Shown one piece after another: positions 10,385-18,128 of a stretch of 64,000 nucleotides of DNA. The position numbers were made by a program, and so were the translations under genes. The notes beneath the pieces were generated by a model. That model saw only the letters and a program-made list of their open reading frames with translations. It searched no databases and was not told the DNA's origin. The first letter of the stretch is position 1; every line of letters begins with the position of its first letter. Origin of the DNA: a virus; the IMG/VR virus record IMGVR_UViG_3300038443_001578, positions 19,804-83,803 of that record, one strand, 5' to 3'.

Positions 10385-11013
10385 AAAATATACCGTTTGA
10401 CGATATCGTAGGGCAGAAGTTCAACCGATTAATTGCTCTTCGGAGGATTTCACGATCAGGGCAAACACGATTTCTGTTTCGTTGCGACTGCGGGAACGAA
10501 CCCGTTTTATCCGCCTCTAACGTAGTTCGCGGCCATACCAAGTCGTGTGGATGCTTAAAGGCAGAAGGGAACAACTTGCGTCACGGCAGAGCTCGTAAAC
10601 ACAGCCGGTCTCGCCTTTACACGATCTGGATTTCAATGAAGGCACGCTGTACCAATGTTCGCTGTGCTAGATACGCAGATTATGGTGGTCGCGGAATTGC
10701 AATCGATCCTCAGTGGAATGACTTCTCCACCTTCCAATTATGGGCGGTCAATAATGGTTATTCGGATGATTTAGAGATCGATCGCATCGATAACGACGGC
10801 AACTACGGCCCCTCAAATTGCCGTTGGGTTTCAAGGACGTGCAACTCGAATAATCGACGGAGTTCTAACCTCGTTTCAGCTTGGGGCGAAACGAAGTCTA
10901 CGGCAGAATGGGCGAGAGATACTCGCTGCGCGTTCTTATACGACACCCTTCGGCGTCGTTGTCGCCGTGCCGGGATGAGCCCTGAAGAGGCCATATCAGG
11001 GAGGAAGCCGTGA
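10381..11013 (+). CDS. HNH-type homing-endonuclease-like protein (copy 1)
   Basis: G.KFNRL, CDCG, KSCGC, LY.IW..MK.RC, YGGRGI, IDRIDNDGNY.PSNCRW. Confidence 0.85.
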   Translation: MKNIPFDDIVGQKFNRLIALRRISRSGQTRFLFRCDCGNEPVLSASNVVRGHTKSCGCLKAEGNNLRHGRARKHSRSRLYTIWISMKARCTNVRCARYADYGGRGIAIDPQWNDFSTFQLWAVNNGYSDDLEIDRIDNDGNYGPSNCRWVSRTCNSNNRRSSNLVSAWGETKSTAEWARDTRCAFLYDTLRRRCRRAGMSPEEAISGRKP

Positions 11014-11324
11014 CTACATGGAATGTGGCTGGAATCGGCAAGTGTGGCTGTGGATGCAGCTCAGTTTTGCTTTTCACCGACTCCGCCGGCATGTGGGCGG
11101 CCGCCGGCTGCGAGCCGATCTGCTTGGGCTGCACGACGCTCCGCGCGGCCTGGTGGAAGCACGTTAAGTGCTCCGCCGGGCAGCTTCCGACGATTACCGA
11201 ACTTGCCACCGCATGGCAGGTTCAGCGAGCCTTGCAGATCTATGTTCCGACGATCGAGGTCGAAGTGCCGAACGGCTGGTCGGGACGATCGAACACGGGC
11301 CGCAGGTTGCGGACGAGAGGATAA
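11010..11324 (+). CDS. Small Cys-rich hypothetical protein
   Basis: Overlaps upstream stop (GTGA); CGCGC and CLGC motifs. Confidence 0.5.
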   Translation: MTTWNVAGIGKCGCGCSSVLLFTDSAGMWAAAGCEPICLGCTTLRAAWWKHVKCSAGQLPTITELATAWQVQRALQIYVPTIEVEVPNGWSGRSNTGRRLRTRG

Positions 11325-11330
11325 AGTAAC

Positions 11331-11867
11331 GTGAAACTCATCTTTCTGGACGTCGACGGCGTCCTCAACGACCATAGCAAGTTCTCGAATGGATACTGCG
11401 GCATCCAGGGGCAGCCCGTGCGCGAGCTGAACCGGATTCTTGCCGAGATCCCGGACGCCCGAATTGTACTGACATCGGCATGGCGGTATCTGGTCACCAA
11501 CGGTTCCATGACGCTTGCCGGTCTCGAAGCCTTGTTGCTGAGCCATGGCGTCGACTGCTACCGAAGAGTACTCGCGATCACCTATACCGACGAGCATATG
11601 GCGCGAGTACTCGGTCGCCCTGTGCAACCGGCGATCTCGGCAGAAGAGTGGTTTGCTTGGATCAAAGAGCACGGCATTATGACCCGAGAGCGCCAGATAG
11701 CGCGTTTTCTCGACACTGTGCCACGGGAGGAGATGGGCGGCTACGTGGTCCTCGACGACCTGGCGCTCGATGTTCCCCACTTCGTTCAAACCGACGGCCT
11801 CGTAGGCCTGACGGCTGCCGATGCCGATTGCGCTATTGCGATCCTGAAAGGAGCCGACCGTGGTTGA
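11331..11867 (+). CDS. HAD-domain protein (Swiss-Army-Knife RNA-repair-like HAD), copy 1
   Basis: LIFLDVDGVLN, IVLTSAWR, YVVLDD, GLT. Confidence 0.8.
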   Translation: MKLIFLDVDGVLNDHSKFSNGYCGIQGQPVRELNRILAEIPDARIVLTSAWRYLVTNGSMTLAGLEALLLSHGVDCYRRVLAITYTDEHMARVLGRPVQPAISAEEWFAWIKEHGIMTRERQIARFLDTVPREEMGGYVVLDDLALDVPHFVQTDGLVGLTAADADCAIAILKGADRG

Positions 11868-12255
11868 TAACAATGGGATATTACTTGGTCGCATGACCAA
11901 GGACGCCGAATTAAAATATACCTCAAGCGGCATTGCGTACTGTTTTTTTTCCATAGCTATCAATAAATATCAGTCGAAGGAGGCAAGAGAAAGCGGCCAA
12001 GAGCAAAAGGCCGACTTCTTCGATATAACTGCATGGCGTGAGACAGCCGAGGCCGTAGTGAAATACGGTGGTAAAGGCAAGATGGTGGCGGTGTCATACC
12101 ATCTGGGCACGAGAGATATTCAGAAAGACGGCGTAACGTTCAAGCAGACGACGATCCTTGCGGACTTCTTTAGTGTGCTCGAACGACAATCGGCGAATCG
12201 TGCATATAACGGCAGCGATGATTTGAGTGATGATGATGATCCGAGAGTCCGATGA
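11860..12255 (+). CDS. ssb: Single-stranded DNA-binding protein
   Basis: LLGRMTKDAELKYT.SG, ADFF.ITAW..TAE, KG..VAV; acidic tail. Confidence 0.85.
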   Translation: MVDNNGILLGRMTKDAELKYTSSGIAYCFFSIAINKYQSKEARESGQEQKADFFDITAWRETAEAVVKYGGKGKMVAVSYHLGTRDIQKDGVTFKQTTILADFFSVLERQSANRAYNGSDDLSDDDDPRVR

Positions 12256-12449
12256 AGGCTGACTTACCCTACAAGGTGAATCCCGACGGATGGGGCGAGT
12301 GTGCTCGTTGCAAGACTGACGTCGGGACGATCGGCTTTGAGAGATTCGGCACTGTGGTTTGTGTAGCTTGCGCGAGCGATATCCGGCGAGGTACGGACAC
12401 GCGCAAGGAATGGTGGCGCAAGATGGAGGTGGGCAGCCAAGAGTTTTAA
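12252..12449 (+). CDS. Small zinc-finger protein
   Basis: CARC...CVAC; ATGA overlap. Confidence 0.55.
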   Translation: MKADLPYKVNPDGWGECARCKTDVGTIGFERFGTVVCVACASDIRRGTDTRKEWWRKMEVGSQEF

Positions 12450-12474
12450 TCGCTCTCTTGGCTCATCCTTGCGC

Positions 12475-12726
12475 CTACCCCGAATCTACGTCGTTGTTGG
12501 GATTGGTAGGCTTATTTGGATCAGTGAACGATTCAGCCTTCTTTGCCGCACGCGTAGGCCGCTCACCGCCGCCGCGCGGTTTATAGGCAGTAACCTCGTC
12601 TTCGTCGACGAGCGTGCGACCAAATTGCTCGTGGCGTGTGAGCTTGCCTTCGGAAAGCAGATAATACAGGGCCTTCACGGTCACCTTTAGCCGAACCGCA
12701 GCCTCTTGAACAGTAATTAGTCCCAT
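12475..12726 (-). CDS. HTH_17/excisionase-like DNA-binding protein, probably leaderless
   Basis: LITVQEAAVRLKVT..ALYYLLSEGKL; ATG sits ~7 nt downstream of a -10 box. Confidence 0.75.
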   Translation of the reverse strand: MGLITVQEAAVRLKVTVKALYYLLSEGKLTRHEQFGRTLVDEDEVTAYKPRGGGERPTRAAKKAESFTDPNKPTNPNNDVDSG

Positions 12727-12732
12727 GTCTAT

Positions 12733-12797
12733 ATTATGCACGATAATTAGAATGTTGTCAAACATAACTTGACACAATTCTAAATATGGTGTATACT
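12733..12797. promoter_or_regulatory. Back-to-back sigma70-type promoters
   Basis: Minus strand TTGACA(12761-12756)-17-CATAAT(12738-12733); plus strand TTGACA(12769-12774)-17-TATACT(12792-12797). Confidence 0.85.
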
Positions 12798-12818
12798 TAG
12801 ACAGTATTCTAAATAAAC

Positions 12819-12853
12819 GACCCCGAACAGAGTTCGCAGCTCTGTTCGGGGTC
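12819..12853 (+). promoter_or_regulatory. Perfect 14-bp leader hairpin
   Basis: GACCCCGAACAGAG-7nt-CTCTGTTCGGGGTC in the 5' UTR of the SWIM gene. Confidence 0.6.
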
Positions 12854-12883
12854 TACACCACGAACCTAATTGGGAGGCTCGCG

Positions 12884-13261
12884 ATGATTACGGATTCTAC
12901 CCGGTCCTATGCTGTAGGACTCACTGAGCGCGGAAAAGTTGCGCTTGCAGCCGGTGTCGGTCGGCATCTTGCGGTGCGCGCCCAGCGCGGACGGAACCTT
13001 CTTTCCCTCGGCTATAAGATCGTCGGCGCGGTAGCCACGCCGGGAACATACTTCGTCACCTCGCCGCAAGGCAACTTCTACATGGTCGAACTTTCCGCTA
13101 CCGTCGCCCGGTGCAACTGCCCGGACTTCAAGAAAAACGGCATGCCTTGCAAGCACCTGGCCGGGGTCATGTTTCATCAGTCGGAGATCGACGCCGAGAC
13201 GGAGGCGACGCGCGCCACGCTGGCAAACGTTCACGAGTACCAGATGAGGGAGGCTGCCTAA
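12884..13261 (+). CDS. SWIM zinc-finger protein
   Basis: CNCPDF.....CKH; GGGAGG RBS. Confidence 0.8.
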   Translation: MITDSTRSYAVGLTERGKVALAAGVGRHLAVRAQRGRNLLSLGYKIVGAVATPGTYFVTSPQGNFYMVELSATVARCNCPDFKKNGMPCKHLAGVMFHQSEIDAETEATRATLANVHEYQMREAA

Positions 13262-13521
13262 TGGACTACCGTGCTTCCTTCCACCGCAAGCCTTCCCGCC
13301 GACTCAGCCGGTCAGCGGCCCCCCAGGCACTCCAGCCCGGCGAGGTCTTCACGATCGGGAACCGCACCTACCGCGTCGAGCGCAAGCCGCTCTACGTCCA
13401 TATCGACGAGGCCGAGGCCAAGGTCGGCGTCGAGCTTACGACCAGCGAGAAGAGCCGCATCGCCCGGCAACTCGAAACGATAACGGCCGCGCTGATCGCG
13501 GCCGCCCGATGTCCTGCGTGA
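13261..13521 (+). CDS. Hypothetical protein
   Basis: GGAGG RBS, TAATG coupling. Confidence 0.6.
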   Translation: MDYRASFHRKPSRRLSRSAAPQALQPGEVFTIGNRTYRVERKPLYVHIDEAEAKVGVELTTSEKSRIARQLETITAALIAAARCPA

Positions 13522-13598
13522 CGGCAGGCAGTCCCGCCAAGGAGGCCGCTGCGGTGTATGCCGTGGCGGCCATCGATATTTTGAAAGGTGCCTTTAAC

Positions 13599-14258
13599 AT
13601 GCCAAAGTTTATTGACATCACCGGCCAGACATTTGGTCGGCTTACCGCTGTCAGGCGTGTAGAGAACGATGTTAATGGGAATGTCCGATATCTCTTTCAG
13701 TGTTCATGCGGGAACGAAGTTATCGCTCGTAAGGGTGATGTCGTCGCATCGAAAAAAACGACATCGTGCGGTTGCTGGCAGAAGGAACGGACGTCGCAAG
13801 CCCAAACTACGCATGGCCTGTCTAAAACGCGCTTGTATCGCGTGTGGAACAATATGCGTAATCGTTGCGGAAATCCCAAGAATCTGGGCTTTCACGATTA
13901 TGGCGGCCGAGGAATAACAGTCTGCGTTCAGTGGCTTTCGAGCTTCGACGACTTTAATAAGTGGGCGAAGGCTACCGGCTACGCTGATAACAAGGAGATC
14001 GATCGCATCAATAACGATGGCAACTATGAGCCGTCGAATTGTCGTTGGGTCTCGAAGGCTGTGAACCTGAAGAACACATCGCGTGTTATTCGGGTGACGG
14101 CCTTTGGTGAGACGAAAAACCTGTCCGAATGGGCAGCCGATCCTAGATGCCGTGTATCGCGAAAAGCCTTGGCATTTCGTATCAAGAGCGGGGCCTATTC
14201 GACACCAGAAGCCGCCATCACCACTGTTTCGTCACTGAAAAAGTCTTCTGCTCCCTAA
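13599..14258 (+). CDS. HNH-type homing-endonuclease-like protein (copy 2)
   Basis: DITGQTFGRLT, CSCG, SCGC, LYRVW.NMRNRC, YGGRGI, IDRINNDGNYEPSNCRW. Confidence 0.85.
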   Translation: MPKFIDITGQTFGRLTAVRRVENDVNGNVRYLFQCSCGNEVIARKGDVVASKKTTSCGCWQKERTSQAQTTHGLSKTRLYRVWNNMRNRCGNPKNLGFHDYGGRGITVCVQWLSSFDDFNKWAKATGYADNKEIDRINNDGNYEPSNCRWVSKAVNLKNTSRVIRVTAFGETKNLSEWAADPRCRVSRKALAFRIKSGAYSTPEAAITTVSSLKKSSAP

Positions 14259-14359
14259 ATTATGTCTCAAGAGATCGCACTCGAAACAGCCGAATCGGAA
14301 GAATTACCCGCTAAAAAAGCCTCTTAAACGTGCCAAGCGGTGATTATTTTATGTACCAC

Positions 14360-14388
14360 TTGACATTTACTTTATGGTTGTGTACCAT
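14360..14388 (+). promoter_or_regulatory. Sigma70-type promoter upstream of the tRNA
   Basis: TTGACA-17-TACCAT. Confidence 0.7.
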
Positions 14389-14477
14389 AAACACAGCAGA
14401 CCGATCCGAGTGATACCAGGTAGCAGCAGGAAAGCCGCTGGAACAAGGCTTGACACTCCGGAGAGTACGGAGCTTGA

Positions 14478-14550
14478 CGCGCGGTGGAGCAGTTGGTAGC
14501 TCGCATGGCTCATAACCACGAGGTCGCCAGTTCGAGTCTGGCCCGCGCAC
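14478..14550 (+). tRNA. tRNA-Met(CAT), initiator-like
   Basis: Full cloverleaf: D arm GAGC/GCTC, anticodon loop CTCATAA, T arm GCCAG-TTCGAGT-CTGGC; C1:A72 mismatch and A11:U24; no encoded CCA. Confidence 0.9.
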
Positions 14551-14675
14551 TCAATACCTCGCAAAGCAGCATCGGCACACCAGGATGCCGAACCGGAGAG
14601 TGTAACCGGCTTCAACCCTCCATGAGTACTGCCCTATCAGGCTGGGCGACGAACCCGACTTACGCCTCAACCACA

Positions 14676-14963
14676 ATGCCATCATTTCGACAGAACCGCC
14701 GCGCCCTTATGGATGCGGCTATTATTTCGCGTCAGGCCGCGCGGGAATCGCGCATGCAGTTCCCCGCTATAGGCCCATCTCGTTGTGTCCCCAACGATGT
14801 GCAATCGCTTGCCGATCAGATACAGCGACATAGCCCGAGCCGGGCGTGTCGCTGTTCTGACTGTGAGCGAGGCAGACGCATGCTCGCAAAAGGCATGCCG
14901 CCGGCAGAGCTGACTAACCGCCATGGCGAAAGTCGTCGGCCACAGTTCGCGTCCGAAGGGTAG
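14676..14963 (+). CDS. Hypothetical protein (CRCSDC)
   Basis: ORF after the tRNA; Cys cluster. Confidence 0.45.
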   Translation: MPSFRQNRRALMDAAIISRQAARESRMQFPAIGPSRCVPNDVQSLADQIQRHSPSRACRCSDCERGRRMLAKGMPPAELTNRHGESRRPQFASEG

Positions 14964-14973
14964 GGGAGGTTTT

Positions 14974-15186
14974 ATGAAGACCGCAACACTTAAGCCCGAA
15001 GAGGTTGCGGATCGGATATTTTGGGCAACTGGAACGCGTGTCCCCGTCGGCCTCATCAGGCAGTATATGGAGCGGATAAATCCAGAGAAATCAGCCAGTG
15101 TTGAGGACATCGTTGGAGACTTTTTGCGCTCGCGTGTGACCCAATCCGAACCTGTAACGGAAGCATACCGGTTAATTAAGCAATGA
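14974..15186 (+). CDS. Small hypothetical protein
   Basis: GGGAGG RBS. Confidence 0.6.
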   Translation: MKTATLKPEEVADRIFWATGTRVPVGLIRQYMERINPEKSASVEDIVGDFLRSRVTQSEPVTEAYRLIKQ

Positions 15187-15377
15187 AGAAAACGTCGATC
15201 GAACCACGACCGATTTCTCAGCATGAGAAGGCCGCCAGTTTTGTTCGGGACTATTTGAGATCTCACGGCGAATGGCCGTCGATTAAGGCGATCGTATATG
15301 GCGCAAGTGTTGGAACGGGAACAGCCTGGCGCGCCATGAAAGCGGTCCACAGGTCGTTTCTGGACGGATCAAAGTAA
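15183..15377 (+). CDS. Small HTH-like protein
   Basis: PSIKAI...ASVGTGTAWRAM resembles an HTH; overlaps the upstream stop. Confidence 0.55.
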   Translation: MKKTSIEPRPISQHEKAASFVRDYLRSHGEWPSIKAIVYGASVGTGTAWRAMKAVHRSFLDGSK

Positions 15378-15379
15378 CC

Positions 15380-15484
15380 ATGTGGCGCTGCGTCGTGATC
15401 TTCGGATGGTGCGCATATTTCAACGCCATCATCGTCCCGGCTGTTTGTACAGCGTATCAGCCGTGCCGCCGTGGTGGTGCGTAA
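15380..15484 (+). CDS. 34-aa hydrophobic peptide (absent from ORF track)
   Basis: MWRCVVIFGWCAYFNAIIVPAVCTAYQPCRRGGA; fills the gap, TAATG coupling to the next ORF. Confidence 0.45.
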   Translation: MWRCVVIFGWCAYFNAIIVPAVCTAYQPCRRGGA

Positions 15485-15696
15485 TGTTCTGCCGCTCCTG
15501 CAATCTCGACCGCCCCACCTACGAGGATATCATCTCGAATCGCAGGTGCGTCCGGTGCGCCCGTTGCCATTACCGTATCGTCGAGGGCGAGGTAGTCCCG
15601 AACGAGATCCGAGCGCGACTGCTGGACCTATCGGAGTTGGTGCCTATCGAGCGCGGGAAGCCGGGCTCCATCCTCGATCAGATCTTCGGAGTGTGA
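15484..15696 (+). CDS. Zinc-ribbon protein
   Basis: CRSC...CARC. Confidence 0.6.
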   Translation: MFCRSCNLDRPTYEDIISNRRCVRCARCHYRIVEGEVVPNEIRARLLDLSELVPIERGKPGSILDQIFGV

Positions 15697-15698
15697 CA

Positions 15699-15803
15699 AT
15701 GCGTACCCGACGTGGAGCGAGCTTGATCGAGATACTCCTCGTTATTGCCTTGTTTACGTTTTTATGCGTGCTCGCCTATCCGGCGATCGTCCACGGTCAT
15801 TGA
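15699..15803 (+). CDS. 34-aa prepilin-like (class III signal) peptide
   Basis: MRTRRG|ASLIEILLVIALFTFLCVLAYPAIVHGH: basic leader, G-1, E+5, hydrophobic helix, P+22; GGAG RBS. Confidence 0.65.
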   Translation: MRTRRGASLIEILLVIALFTFLCVLAYPAIVHGH

Positions 15804-15805
15804 TC

Positions 15806-17281
15806 ATGGAATCTCAAACCCTGCAACTGGGCGACCTCGTCCCGGACGACCTCAACGCGAACGCCGGTACCGATCGCGGGCGCGAAATGCTCCGCGGCGC
15901 GCTTGAGCGGCATGGCGCCGCGCGCTCGATTGTGCTCGACAGGAACAACCGGATCATCGCCGGCAACAAGACGGCCGAACAGGCGGCGCAGGTTGGACTG
16001 AGCGACGTCGTTGTCGTTGACAGCGATGGCACGAAGCTCATTGCAGTCCGCCGCACGGACGTTGATCTCGACACTCCGGAGGGCCGCGCCCTCGCCTTGG
16101 CCGATAACCGCACGAGCGAAGTCGGCCTGGCATGGGACACTGACGTGATCGCGCGCCTCGGCGCGGACGTCGACCTTTCGCCGCTTTGGGATCAGAACGA
16201 AATCTCGAATCTCCTGACGAGCGCTGCGGCCACGGCACCGCCGACGGGCTCGCCCCTTACTGCATCGCTCGCTGAGCGGTTCGGTGTGCCGCCGTTTTCC
16301 ATTCTCGACGCTCGTCAAGGGTACTGGGTAGAGCGGAAGCGCTCCTGGCTGAATCTGGGCATTGAAAGCGAACTCGGCCGGGAGTCGAAGTCGAAGAACA
16401 AAGGCCTTCTGTTTTCGAACTCGGCGCAATCGCCGGCAATGTACGAGCTGAAGAATTCCGTCGAGCGCGACCTGGGCCGGAAGCTCTCCTGGGAAGAGTT
16501 CGTCGCGCTCCATCCGGAGGCGAACGCGCTGTCGGGCACCAGCATCTTTGACCCGGTCCTTTGCGAGCTTGCCTATCGCTGGTTCGCTCCTCGTGGCGGC
16601 CGCGTGCTCGATCCGTTCGCGGGCGGCTCCGTTCGCGGCGTCGTAGCCGCGATGCTCGGGCTCGACTACCAGGGCATCGAATTGCGCGAGGAACAGGTCA
16701 ATGCGAACCGGGCCCAGGCGGAGGCGATCTGTCAGCCGTCGATCATGCCGGAAGGCGCGGTGATGCCGCGCTGGTATTGCGGCGATAGCCGGAACATTGA
16801 TGATATCGTAGGCACCGAGCAGTACGACCTGGTGTTTTCCTGCCCGCCATACGCCGACCTCGAAGTCTATAGCGATGACGAGCGCGACCTCTCGACACTC
16901 GATTATGCCGAGTTCGTCGACGCCTACCGACACATCATCGCCCGCAGCGTCGCGCACCTTCGAGACAATCGATTCGCGTGCTTCGTTGTGGGCGACGTCC
17001 GCGACCGGCACGGGTTCTATCGCAACTTCGTCTCCGACACGATCGCCGCTTTTGTAGACGCCGGCATGAGCCTGTACAACGAGGCGATCCTGATCACGCA
17101 GTTCGGCTCGTTGCCCATCCGCGTCGGGTCGCAATTCGGGAAGTTCCGAAAGCTCGGGAAGGCCCATCAAAACGTCCTCGTGTTCTACAAGGGCGATCCG
17201 CGGGCCATATTGAGCGAATTGGGGGAAGTGGAGTTTACCGAAGAAGTGCCTGGTACGGAGGGCGCACCGGGCGCCGAGTAG
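15806..17281 (+). CDS. ParB-like N-terminal domain fused to DNA methyltransferase
   Basis: IIAGN..., LADNR (ParB-like); VLDPFAGGSVRG and SCPPY (MTase). Confidence 0.8.
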   Translation: MESQTLQLGDLVPDDLNANAGTDRGREMLRGALERHGAARSIVLDRNNRIIAGNKTAEQAAQVGLSDVVVVDSDGTKLIAVRRTDVDLDTPEGRALALADNRTSEVGLAWDTDVIARLGADVDLSPLWDQNEISNLLTSAAATAPPTGSPLTASLAERFGVPPFSILDARQGYWVERKRSWLNLGIESELGRESKSKNKGLLFSNSAQSPAMYELKNSVERDLGRKLSWEEFVALHPEANALSGTSIFDPVLCELAYRWFAPRGGRVLDPFAGGSVRGVVAAMLGLDYQGIELREEQVNANRAQAEAICQPSIMPEGAVMPRWYCGDSRNIDDIVGTEQYDLVFSCPPYADLEVYSDDERDLSTLDYAEFVDAYRHIIARSVAHLRDNRFACFVVGDVRDRHGFYRNFVSDTIAAFVDAGMSLYNEAILITQFGSLPIRVGSQFGKFRKLGKAHQNVLVFYKGDPRAILSELGEVEFTEEVPGTEGAPGAE

Positions 17282-17447
17282 GATACTTGGCCTTCTGCCA
17301 TTCGTAGGTCAGGTTCGCGACCTTCTTCGCGGCCGCGGCCATTTCGTCGTAAGTCGCCTGGCTGCCATGGTAATAGAGATACTTCTTCTTCTCCATGTCG
17401 CGCTTCGCGGCTTGCAGTTCGGCGGTAAGTTCCTCAACGGTCTTCAT
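17235..17447 (-). CDS. Small antisense helical protein, probably leaderless
   Basis: MKTVEELTAELQAAKRDMEKKKY...; TGGACA-18-TATACT ends 7 nt before the ATG. Confidence 0.6.
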   Translation of the reverse strand: MKTVEELTAELQAAKRDMEKKKYLYYHGSQATYDEMAAAAKKVANLTYEWQKAKYPTRRPVRPPYQALLR

Positions 17448-17513
17448 GCTGGCAGTATACGTGGAGCTTGCGGCCAATGTCCAGGGCTTCGCGGCCTGTG
17501 AAAGGCCGATTTT

Positions 17514-18128
17514 ATGGCGGGTCGTAATTCCAAGCTGACGCCTGATCGGCAGACTGCGATCTGCACCCGTTTGCGTAAGGGCGACGATATCAAGGTCGCC
17601 GCCGAGGCCTCCGGGGTCAAGTACTCGACGCATTGGTATTGGGTAGGGCTCGGCAAAAAGGACGAGAAAGCCGATGTTGCCTCCATCTACCGCGATTACT
17701 ATGTAGCGGTGACCCAAGCGCTCGCGGAATGCGAATCGGGCTACACGACCGTGCTGGCCAAAGCCGCCGCCGGCTGGGAAGAGGTCACGACGAAGTCGAC
17801 GAGCAAGGTCGTGATGCGGGTGATCGAGGAGCTCGACGAGCGTGGCCGCGTCGTTCGGCGCATACGGGAGCCGGTCACGGTCGTTCTGCTCGACACGATC
17901 AAGACCAATAAGTTCGACTGGCGACCGGCGCTCGAGGTCCTCGCCCGGCGATTCCGCGAGCGTTGGGGCGCCAACGTCAAGATCGATCCGGCAGACCTAC
18001 CCGATGACCTCCTTATCAAACTCCTTGCGGAATCGACTCGAACGCGAGGCGTTCAAGAGGAACCTGAGGCTCCCGGGCCGGCCGATGGAAATGGAGTCGG
18101 AGCCGGCACCGGAGCCGACGGTAGCTGA
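17514..18128 (+). CDS. terS: Terminase small subunit (putative)
   Basis: GR.SKLTP...IC..L..G....AA..SGV...T...W HTH; DWR.A...LARRF.ERW; position directly upstream of terL. Confidence 0.7.
   Translation: MAGRNSKLTPDRQTAICTRLRKGDDIKVAAEASGVKYSTHWYWVGLGKKDEKADVASIYRDYYVAVTQALAECESGYTTVLAKAAAGWEEVTTKSTSKVVMRVIEELDERGRVVRRIREPVTVVLLDTIKTNKFDWRPALEVLARRFRERWGANVKIDPADLPDDLLIKLLAESTRTRGVQEEPEAPGPADGNGVGAGTGADGS

Noticed and set aside
10381-14258. HNH genes as possible intron-encoded ORFs
   Set aside because: Both are free-standing and translationally coupled or separately initiated; no interrupted gene or intron core was seen.
15797-17170. Long antisense ORFs (also 6363-7463, 19401-20435, 32444-33724, 34895-36175)
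   Set aside because: Shadow frames of well-supported genes in GC-rich DNA; no motifs or RBS.
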